A stretch of DNA of 64,000 nucleotides from Vicugna vicugna (lineage: Eukaryota), in NCBI GenBank assembly GCA_013265495.1, contig MU058037.1:188001-252000 (forward strand), in the 5' to 3' direction. Below the pieces are notes generated by a model that saw only the letters and a list, made by a program, of their open reading frames with translations, was not told the origin of the DNA and searched no databases. A program made the translations under genes and the position numbers. Positions 23,959-34,487 of this stretch are shown one piece after another (position 1 is the stretch's first letter; every line of letters starts with the position of its first letter).

Positions 23959-26812
23959 TGCTGAGTTACTGAGGAGAATGGGAGGGTCTGTAAACTCCTT
24001 GAATTTTTTCCAGAGAGATCCCTCACTTTCATCAGGTGCTCAAAAAATCTAATCCTGCTACCTGCTAAAAGCTAAAAACCCTCCCTTATAGTCTCCACTA
24101 TGATGAGCAGAACCCTGTGCCAAAGTAAAATGTATTCTTTTGTGCTCTGTGCTTTAGCTACAGTGAACAGGCCATTACCTGAAAGCTGAGATGAAATCAA
24201 GCTGAGAACCAGCTCAAGTTGGGGTCTGACCTATTTCCCTCCTCTTTTAGGAATTTAACCTGATTTCCATTCTCTAAAAACTGATTTTAGAGCCTGGTGA
24301 TAAACAGGTTTTAGAGTCAAGGCATTCAGGTGCTTGACTTAGGGATTAGGTTCCAGCAGCCTTCAAAGAAGGAAAGCTCTTCCTTTGCCTCGTACCCTAC
24401 CTCAAGGACACACAGAGGCATTCGAAGGATCTAAATGAGAAATCCAGCGTTCCCCACCTGGCATATTGTATTACTTGCCTTGGGAAGATGGGGATTTTCT
24501 AGGTGTAATTAGTTAACATCTATTAAGCAAGGCCATTTATTAAGTACCGCACCCTGTGGGACCTTAATACACTGTAACTGACGACAGCAGAGGCAGCATC
24601 TTTCCGATTGTGCTGTCTCGAGGTAGCTTGGTATTCTGTTGACTCCATGGTGGCCTGCAACTTATGGGAGTTTTTGTGCTTGAGGATATAATGCCTAATA
24701 GTGAACTCTCAGTTTTCAATTTGGAGAGTGATTGGGTACACACTGGTGGTTCAAGCAACTGTTGTAATGGTGACTTATCCAGTTAAAATTAATCCCAGCC
24801 CTGTGGGACTCTAAATCTTCAAAAGAGTACTTAATCAGTATATATGGTTATTAGAACTGGTTAAATGTAAGGACTAGGTTCTGCATATGACCAAATATAG
24901 AGAGATACTACCAAGCAGAAAAAAATGTCATTTTTTTCCTTGCAATTCATCTAACATTGTAATAGCTAATACCTATCTAGAACCATTCTACTAGGTAATA
25001 TTTATTGATTATTCAGTGTGCCAAGCATTGTGCTCAGTACTATACAATTTCTTATTAAATCCTCATACCACCTCCCTAAATTAGATATGTGGTTGTTCTT
25101 AGTTTATTGATGATGATGCTGAGTTTAGAGAAGTTCAGTAGCTCCACTGCTATCACACACTATATTTGTCGGTATAGGCGAAAAGCTCTAACAAACAGCC
25201 CTATGTCTATGTTCTTAAAGTTTATTTCTTGCTCATATCCAGTTCCATGCAGTCTAGCAGGGATGGGAGAAATGAGGGAAATGGAGTTCTGTTCCATACA
25301 ACTATTCAGGTTTCCTTCCCTCTTGTGTGTCCACCCTCCTGTGGGTCTTGGAACGTTTTGATCGACCAGGCTTAGAATGGGACACATCACTTCTATTCCA
25401 GAACTCGGTCACAGGGCCACATGAAACTATGATGGAGGCTGGAAAATGTGGTCTAGATGTGGGACTCGGGAAGAATAATATGGTTGAATATAGGCAGCTT
25501 GTAAACAGCAGAGTTGAGACCCAGACTCACACTTATCTAACTCAAAAGCCCTCTTTGTTGTGAAGCCAAAACTGACATCTCGCCCTTACTCCCTTATAAA
25601 TAAACATGTGCAACTTGTTTTGCACTTAGGAGGAAAAATTACTTTGTACCCTACAATAAACCAAAAATAAGATTATCTGTCTGGTTCTGATCCCCAGGTA
25701 AATGACATGTTGTAAGTTATCTTAAGACTGGACTCATCTGGCCAGAACTTCAGCCCTGACTTCAGTAACACTGATGTCTGAAGAAATGGTAACCTTTGTG
25801 GATTTGATAATCGCATGAGAAAGTTGCTATTTTTCTACCATGAACAGACTAATGGCAATCCTTTTGTTCTGTTAAACACACACACACACATTTTCAAACC
25901 ATTCCTTCTGAAATCTGACTTGCTTATATTTTATTGCAAGTAGAATTTTATTTTCCAAATTCTATGTCTTTCAGTCTTTTTTTGATATCACATCAATTCT
26001 GACTTTCAAATTTATTTCTTCTCTTGATTAAATTTCCCAAGTATTTCACTTCATGCAGCAGTTGTGTTTCTAAAAAGTTCAACATAAAACAAATCATTTT
26101 CAAGTTGAATCAGTTTGTAAATCAGTGGAGGAGCTTTCTGTTTAAAGAAAAGCTCTTCATATTTTCCTTGGCTGAGTAAATGGCATCAGCACTTTAATCA
26201 AGTGAATAGTTCTGACATAATTTGCACATCGTTATGAATAGCAGGGATTTCAAATTCAAATGCTTCCATGGGTCATACATTTAACAAGTACGTGAAGGCA
26301 ATAGGGAGTGGTAGGGACTATGGGTAAGTGGAAAACGGATGCCCTACCTACCTAAAGATATACAGAGTCAAAATTATTAAAATCACTATTCCAGTGAGGA
26401 GAAAATGTGTAGATGGGCTGAAACGAACCAATACGCTTATTTGTAATGTAGCATGAAGTAATATTCATCCATTTTCTAAGGCCAAAATAGGTGTTTGATA
26501 AGATGTAATAACCTAAACTATCAATAAAATGACCAAGGACTAAATTACTGTTGAAGAAAAACTTCTAGTTAGGGATTTTCTACCCTTTTATAGTATCTAG
26601 TTTATGATGACTATCTGTATTTTCTTCTTTAAAAAGTATCCCCTTTTCTCAACACTTGAAAAAGATATTTAAAGCATTTAAAACATGAGGCCTGGAACAA
26701 GACCCATCGTCTTAATCCTTACTTTTTCTCAGGAATGAATCCATTCTTGGAATACTTCCCTGCATATTGGGTGGAGTAGTCAGTCTCCTGTGGTGAGAGC
26801 ATAGTTGAACCA

Positions 26813-27147
26813 CACGTGATTGCCAATATTCAAACACGTTTCTATAAGTTATGAAATCACCAATTTCACGTGGTTCACGTAATGAAGAGTCCAGTGTTCG
26901 CAGAAAATTTTGAAAATACTCATTCTTCTCTCTGCCCAGGAGTTATGCTTACAGTTCATTAGCCTAAATTTAAGAAAGATAAACTCGCTGTGGAACAAAT
27001 AGATGTACAAGTTGGAAAGGAAAGACATTGCTGTTCTCTTTGCGTCTGGAATGCTGCTAATTGCAGAAACAACAAGATCATAGCTGAGAACAAGGTCACT
27101 CAGGCCTGAGTACACAGCCTGAAGTCACTGATTTGGCAAATGTTTAC
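26813..27147. promoter_or_regulatory. Candidate enhancer: E-box/HRE cluster plus nuclear-receptor, NFI and FOX motifs
   Basis: CACGTG 26813, CACGTT 26835, CACGTG 26867, CACGTA 26876, CAAGGTCA 27091, TTGGCA 27133, TGTTTAC 27141, in sequence I do not recognise as repeat. Confidence 0.4.
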
Positions 27148-28453
27148 TCTTTCCCAACAACAGAGGCCGACAGCCTTACTTTGCCTGTAAGTGGGAAAGC
27201 ATACAATTATACCTTTTCCATTGTGCCAAGGGTTATGAAAACTTGCCTCCTCCTGAGAGAACATTCTTTGAGATGTAGAGGACACACACAAATTACTCTC
27301 TATTAGATAAGCCTACCACCACACCAGTGAATTTCTAATTAATGGAGAGGTGGAAATAATGGTGTCACACAACCTAAGCATAGTGGTAGACCATATACAG
27401 GGCAGAGAATGAAAAATTAAATAAATTCAAGCTTTGTTACATTCTTTGAAATTCAGCGGGTAGGAAAAACAAACCATTACCTTTGGAATAAATTAATAGC
27501 TTTAACAGTAACCCACCTTAAAATATATGTGGTTCTGAATTCTGGAGAACACATAAACCCTGTTCTGGGAACTTCTAGCTGCCATCACTGAGCTCTGTTG
27601 AAAAGACAAAAATTTGAGTGGGTAGTGGAACATATCACTGTGCTAGAAAAAAAAAATTAAGGCAGAGTATTCATGCATGTGTACCATGACTTCACAGGTC
27701 TTAGCGGATATCATTTAAGCTTACTTGACTTTTTAGCAAATCCAGTTAGTAGACCAAACCAGTGACCCCCCCAGAGTTCTGAATCTGATGCATCCTGGAA
27801 GCTCAGATTTTGAAAGCGAGCTGTTAGTATGTTGTTTGTCATAGGTCTCTATGGGAAGGAATACTAATGGTATTCCATAACTTTTCAGTTGGATATTTCC
27901 ATTCTGAGTTAGGCAATGTGGGACTGTTCTCACTCAAGGTTGACCAGGCCCAAATGACCTCCATGACTGAGAAGAAATGGTATGCCCAGGAGTTAGCTAA
28001 GTCTGTCCCCACAGAGGTTTGTGTCTTCCAGAAAAGTGCCAGATAATATGTAAATGGAAGAGCTCTGGAGCCTTCCATGCCTCCTTCCCCCAACCCCCTC
28101 CCCTCTAATGACATTGACTCTGAAACAGCAAGAGCAAGTGTGCTTTACTGATAAGGCAACAAAGTATCTTCAGAGTGCATGTTACTGGAAGGCTGTGGCC
28201 AGTCAATAATTTGATGCCCCCAAACAGATAGGAAGACAAGGAAACCAGTTTAATGGACAGAGATAATTGTTATAATCCTATTCTATGAATAAGCCAGTTA
28301 AGAGGAAATCATAACGCCATGCTCTACAGGTATCTTGGTTGTTATAGTGGGTTTGATAGAATGCCTGGATCCTGGAAAACCTGGGGATGAATTATTAAGA
28401 GAAACTCCTATTGGAACAAGGACCATGTCAAAACAATGAACAGCTAACTGGTA

Positions 28454-28501
28454 TGCTGAACTTATAATACAGCACGTTACTGCTGAACTTATAATACAGC
28501 A
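28454..28501. repeat. 27-bp-period tandem duplication (tgctgaacttataatacagca x2)
   Basis: 21 identical bases at 28454-28474 and 28481-28501. Confidence 0.95.
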
Positions 28502-28889
28502 TGTCCAAACTAAGGCCATTACTTTGGCTCACAGGAATGTTCGTGTATTCTTCCTTACCCGAAGGATCATGAACATTCAAGATAGAGAGGATGTGTCATG
28601 ATGTGACTCTGGGTTCAAGACCACATGGCTCTAATACTGAAAAATAACCAGGTACATGACTGGAATCTGTTAGGCATGCCAGTAGCCATGGCCCAATGTA
28701 AAGCATCAGTATGACCATATGCTGACTTGAGAGAGACAGGGTTGGCAGGTAAGGCACACAGGCTCTATGTGGTTAGCAGTAGAGTCTAACCGCGGTAGAC
28801 ATCTTGTCCAGATGTAGAGGCCCCAGCTATATGGAATGATGGAAGCCATGAATCCCAGTATCAAATATGCTCCTATCCTCTTTGCATTC

Positions 28890-29045
28890 CCTCAGTCCGA
28901 CGGTAATCTTTGTCCTTCTATTTGCCCTGCTCTGTGCCCCAGGGAGTCTGACCCCTTTGAACTGTACCACCCAGACTCTCTTGCTGGCTGGATTCTGCCA
29001 AAGAGAGGCTCCCACAGTAGGTTGGAAGGTGGGAGGAGAAAATAG
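28890..29045 (-). mobile_element. LTR33-like ERVL LTR fragment
   Basis: tgccctgctctgtgccccagggagtctgacc...ggaaggtgggaggaga resembles LTR33. Confidence 0.6.
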
Positions 29046-29361
29046 TCTTTCCTAGCTCGCTTGCTTGTTTGAAATCCGCGAAGAGCGCACTTGCACATCT
29101 AGGCCTTATGCTTGGGGAAACAGTTCATTTAAGAGAGGTACAGGCAGTATTGCTCTGAATGCTTTTTTCCTGATGGCATCCACGGCATACTGTGGTATTA
29201 CGACAGTAATGCTCTTAAGTGAAATGCATTTGGAAACCCTGTGGCTTTTCATATGTACACTGGCACACAGATACTATCCCTCAGGGTTTTAATATTTGCC
29301 TGGGTGTAGTTAACAAGTACCAAGACTGGCGATGCACGGCTTGCAGCTGAGACAATTTTAG

Positions 29362-29800
29362 CATTCATTCATTCATTCAGCGAGGATTTATGGAGGTCCT
29401 TCTACGGGCAAGACGCTGCACTAAGCACTGTCGGAGGAAAGAGAAGTGGATAATACAAGTCCTGCCCTCACAGAAATGCAGTCAGTTAAGATACAGATGG
29501 GGCACTGGGCATGGGAAGATTATACAGTCCACAAGCACTATAATACATCCAGCACTCTTGTGTGTTCTATGATTGGAACAGAAGTATAAAATTCTGAAAG
29601 TTTAGAAGATGGTGGGAATTTAAAGGAGAGAGAAACAACCAAATAGGAGGGAGCAGAAATGAAAGATAATTAGGAAGTTATGGTGTATCTGGGTCTTGAA
29701 AGGGAGGTAGGAGTCTAAAAAGGTATAGATTGGTGTGGAGGAGAGAACATTCATCACACTGGGAGATCTGGGAAGGGGCAGTTAGGAAGTGCAGAGGGAA
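29362..29800 (-). mobile_element. L2 fragment
   Basis: (CATT)n start followed by ...cactaagcactg...gtcctgccctca. Confidence 0.65.
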
Positions 29801-30652
29801 GCGGTGTGTCTGCCAAGATCAAAAGTTAAGAACTTATAATTGTGTCTTGAAATGGAAGTCAGTGACAAAAATGTATACAAATTCACAATTATCTCAACTG
29901 GGTAAGCATTTCTAGACAGATAAGACTGGAAGAAAGGAGGCCAAAATGTTAACAGTAGTTATTTTTTATGTGGAAGGATTTTGAGTGTGTATTTTATATT
30001 CTTTTCACTTTCTGATCTGATTTGAACTTCAGTTTGATATGACTATTAAGTGGAGTAATGACGATAGACAGGGGCATTTAGGGAAGAGCTTAAATTCAAC
30101 TTTGATAAATCGTGTCTGACTTTTACTTTTTTTTTCTGGTTAACATGGGAGATGTATCATTGTTGACATTGTGTTTTTTTTAAAAGAAAGAGGATTTATC
30201 TAAGATGGCATCGTACTAACCTATAGTGAATCTCCAATTGAAATACTCAGAAGTTTCTAATATATTGGCTTCTGATGACTTGTGAATGATATTTTGCATT
30301 CCTCTTGGGAACCTCCCTTATATCCTCTTAGCCCACCTTTTCTCCAGCCATTGATTTCGGCACATGTAACCTTATAGCCAGTGGCCTTGGCAGCCTGGAG
30401 ATTGCTGCTTGGTACCTGGCTGCACTGCACTCAAATTTGTACATCTAGGAAGTACAAAGGAGTTAATCCCTGTGGTAGTCTGTGACAAGTAGAGGGTGGG
30501 AGTCAGTGGGTAAATGCTCCTCTCTTCCTTTTTCCAGGCAGAAAATTCTGAAATGTGTTCTACACAGCTTCTCAGTGGATCTCAGTGGGATCAAGCTCAA
30601 TTGCCCACTGCAGTGAACAGCTGGATAACTCATCCTTGTATTGGCTCTTTTT

Positions 30653-30996
30653 CTTTCTTTTTTTATTGAAGTACAGTCAGTTACAACGTGTCAATTTCTG
30701 GTGTACAGCACAATGTCCCAGTCATGCATATACATACATATATTCGTTTTCATATTCTTTTTCATTATAGGTTATTACAATATATTGAATATAGTTCCCT
30801 GTGCTATACAGAAGAAACTTGTTTTTTTCTTTTAATCTGTTTTTATTTGTAGTGGCTAACATTTGCAAATCTCAAACTCCCAAATTGATCCCTTCCCACC
30901 CCCTTTCCCCTGGTAACCATAAGATTGTTTACTATGTCTGTGAGTCTGCTTCTGTTTTGTAGATGAGTTCATTAGTGTCCTCTTTTTTTTCTTTTT
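30653..30996 (-). mobile_element. Short young L1 3' end with perfect TSD
   Basis: TSD ttgtattggctcttttt at 30636-30652 and 30997-31013; body similar to 22556-22860. Confidence 0.9.
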
Positions 30997-31013
30997 TTGT
31001 ATTGGCTCTTTTT

Positions 31014-31385
31014 TTTCCTTTGACGTATAGTTGGTTTACAATGCTGTGTTAATTTCTGGCGTATGGCATAGTGATTCAGTTATACACATTATATATATAT
31101 ATATATCCCTTTTCATATTTTTTTCTTTATAGGCCTTTACAAGGTATTGAATATAGTTTTCTGTGCTATGCAGTATAAACTTGTTATTTATCTATTTTAT
31201 ATGTAGTAGTTAGTATCTATAAATTCCAAACTCCCAATTTATCCCTCCTCCACCCCTTTCCCCCTTGTAACCGTAAGTTTGTTTTCTATGTCTTGAGTCT
31301 GTTTCTGTTTTGTAAATAAGTTCATTTGTGTCACTTTTTTAGATTCCACATATAAGTGATATCATATGGTATCTTTCCGTCTCTT
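31014..31385 (-). mobile_element. Second short L1 3' end (related subfamily)
   Basis: ttgacgtatagttggtttacaatgctgtgttaatttctgg...tagattccacatataagtgatatcatatggtat. Confidence 0.85.
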
Positions 31386-31714
31386 TCTGCCCTACTTTCC
31401 TTTCCTAGATTACTCTTCTCAATCCCCCTTTCCTGATGCCTGGTATCATGTTCCCAAACAAACCACCTTGGCTCAGATTCTACTTTCTGATGGCACTGGG
31501 GAGGGACAGCTAGGCTAAGACAAATAGTGTGCTGTCCTCTCCACCTACCATATTTCCAACCTGACTGAATTTACTTTGTAACTATAACATTTTGGTTGTG
31601 AAACCTACCCTTCCACTAACAAAAGGTCTTTTTTTTAGAGATATTAGGAATGACAAAGAAAGCAAAAGCAAAAGCAAAAGTCTATATGGTTAGTACTTGA
31701 AGGGATAATCTAGT

Positions 31715-32030
31715 GAGCGGTGGGTCCCAAACTTGTTAGTATCCTGAGGAGCTTCAAAAATTACTGATGCTTGTATCCCCCAGAGACAGGGATTTAATTG
31801 GTTTGGGGTGTGGCCTGTTAGTTTTAAACCATTCCCTGGGTGATTCTTTGGGTGATTCTTTGGGCAGACAAATTTGGGAATCACTGACCTCCATCAGGAA
31901 TTGGCAAATTATGGCTTTTGGGCTAAATCTGGTCCATTACCCGCTTGTGTTTTGAATAACCCATAGCCTAAGAACAGTTTTTACAATTCTAAATGGTTGA
32001 AAAAAGTCCCAAGAAGAATGCTACTTCATG
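31715..32030. mobile_element. MER5-like element followed by a MER58-like hAT fragment
   Basis: gcggtgggtcccaaactt...atttaattggtttggggtg...gggaatcactg, then caggaattggcaaattatggc...aaatggttgaaaaaa. Confidence 0.65.
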
Positions 32031-32660
32031 ACAGCTCTCTGTAATCAGTGGTCCTACAAGACTGTGACTCCTGGGGAAAGGGACAGTGTGTTGTTGGCTG
32101 AATTGTATGACCGCTATATTTGAGTGTGTATGAGCACATCAGGCCAGACAATGTTGAAAAGATTAGTAAAAACAACCCATGTGTACTTGCTCTACAGCCT
32201 CGCTTTCTCTTAGTGAAAACAGAAACATAATTGAGTATGACAAGAACAATAGCTTTTGCAAAGCTAGAGGAGAGGAAGGAATTTTCCAGTGTGTTTCTTT
32301 TTAGGTAGTCTTGTGTATACATGTGTAGTTTAGTTTAGCAGTGCTGGAAAGCATAGTTCTCTATGACAAAAGCTTTCCCGTGGATTTGTCTAGCTTCTCC
32401 CAGTGGCGGTAGAGGTGTGAGGGGGAGTAGTAGGTAGTTTTGAGAAAGTTACATTTATGATGGCTTATATTTGTTTTCCTCTCATTTGTATGAATGAATT
32501 ACAGGAACAGGCACACAATGTAATTTGGCTTTGAATTGCAGAGGCAATGAAGTCACCCAGGCAGGATGACAGGCTGACAACAGTGTTATCAGTAGTGAAA
32601 TACTGAACTGAAATTTACTCAGTAAGTAGGGTGGACTGAGTGGACTGTGTAATCATTCTA

Positions 32661-32753
32661 TTTTATTTTATTTTTTAAATGGCAGTACTGGGGATCGAAC
32701 CCAGGACCTTGTACATGCTAAGCATGTACTCTACCACTGGGCTATACCCTCCC
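32661..32753 (-). mobile_element. Camelid tRNA-derived SINE (Vic-1-like)
   Basis: gtactggggatcgaacccaggacc...ctctaccactgggctataccctccc with a T-rich tail. Confidence 0.85.
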
Positions 32754-33891
32754 ACCTGGGTAGTTATTTAAAAGCCTCAGGATACACGGCACCCTATCAG
32801 ACTGGTTCAGACAGAGTCTCCTCTTTATTCCATGGCGCCCTTCTGTTTATATCAGTGCTTAAAAGAAATCTGGAAATAAAGATACAATCCAGCTACAATC
32901 AGTGATATGCTCATTTTTTAATCCATACCTGTAGGGCTAATTGGATGTGATATGTGCTTGTGCTAGTGTTCGGATGCAAACACCGAAATGCAAATAGGCT
33001 TAAGGATTTGGTCACAGAAGCAATGTCAGAGGAAAGAGCCAAAATAGAAATCTTCCCGTTGTACAACTATGTATACAGTGTGCCTTCTCTCAGATGTTTC
33101 ATTATATTAACTTCAGAGCTCTCAGAGGCCTTAGAAATAAATAAAGCATATTGAATCTAAATTGAGTCATCAATTTATGTGCAGTAAAATGAGCACATGA
33201 CATTTGTCTATAAATAAGTGACTGGCAATAGTTGATACAATAAAACTGGTAGGTTCAAATATGGTGTTTAAAAACCTAATTAAATGTGATCTCTGAATTT
33301 CATGTACAAATTATTTCCTTGGAAGCCATGCTTATCTGACTTTAATTCCACAGTCTGCTTGAGAAAGCTGCCTTGACTTTAGAGAAGAGTTTTTGGCTAA
33401 GTATAATCTAGCGTTAAATTTTAAATATCTTTTTCTTTTCTGAAAAGGATGAATGTTTCAAAGTGGTTTTAAAAAAATGAAAGATACTCCATTCCTCCTG
33501 AAATGTGACATGATTGTCCCAGTTTACCCATAACATTCTGAATGATGAAGAAAGAGTTCTGTAAGGAAATAGTCCCCTCTTTGTTAAATACAGAACACAG
33601 GACTCCAAGATTTAGCTCTGGAAATTGTATCTCTCCGAGGTGGATGTGGGAGAGGAGAAGGGATGACTAGCTTGATTTGGTCACTTGAACCTTTCTCTTG
33701 ATTTCTTTGGTTTGGCTTCCTGTTGATACTGTCACACTGATGCTAGGTGTGTGTGTTGCTTCTTTCTTCAACTCTGTGGTCCAGGCAGATATTGGCTGGA
33801 ATTTATGCATAGATTTCACACTAGAGAATAGTGGGGAGCTACCACCAATGAAAGGAATGTGAAGGGTCCGACTTACAGAAGGCTCTCATCC

Positions 33892-34487
33892 TGTCATAGC
33901 CAACCTTCTCTTGCAGGTTTTCAGACCCCATTCCATCCCGCCTAGGGCCCAGGGACCTAACTGCCTGCCCCTTCAATCCCTTGGCTCTTTGTTCTTCCAC
34001 TTCTGCACCATTTTCCTTCCATTACTGAGGATGACTCCCAGGCCCTGACTATAGTGGATGTTGTGGTGCTTAACACAGACCCTCCCTTCGGGGTTGAGGC
34101 CCTCATTCCCCAGTGGATGGTTGCTGTTGGTTGTCATCGTACTTGCTCTCTAGATACTGGTCTTGGCTAATGGGCTGTGCCTCACCCAAGGGTATGTCCT
34201 TTTCCTATGGGTAGCCTTCATCCAATGATGTGGAGGTTAACATAGAGGTACAAAGGTATGGCCCTCTTACCTTGATTCTAGATAATTCTGAAGGGTCATT
34301 TCAGCTCCAGTGTGCCTCCATGGGATTGGCTGAGGACTCTGTTGCAATAGCATCATAGCCCAACTTCTCCCTCTGCCTCTGGCTTCCTGGACACGCTTAA
34401 CTGGTGGTGTTCCTGAGAGCACTGCCCAGTGACAGTCCCACACAAATCTGTCTGAAAGTCTGTTTTTGGGGAAACTAACCTAAGACA
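33892..34487 (+). mobile_element. LTR16A-like ERVL LTR
   Basis: ataattctgaagggtcatttcagctccag...ggattggctgagg...ttcctgagagcactgccc...aacctaagaca end. Confidence 0.7.

Larger units (their letters stand above)
30282..31521 (+). mobile_element. LTR16-family ERVL LTR interrupted by two stacked L1 3' ends
   Basis: ggagttaatccc...gggagtcagtgggtaaatgctc...cagtgggatcaagctc...ttgtattggc; resumes at about 31386 and ends ggctaagaca. Confidence 0.7.
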
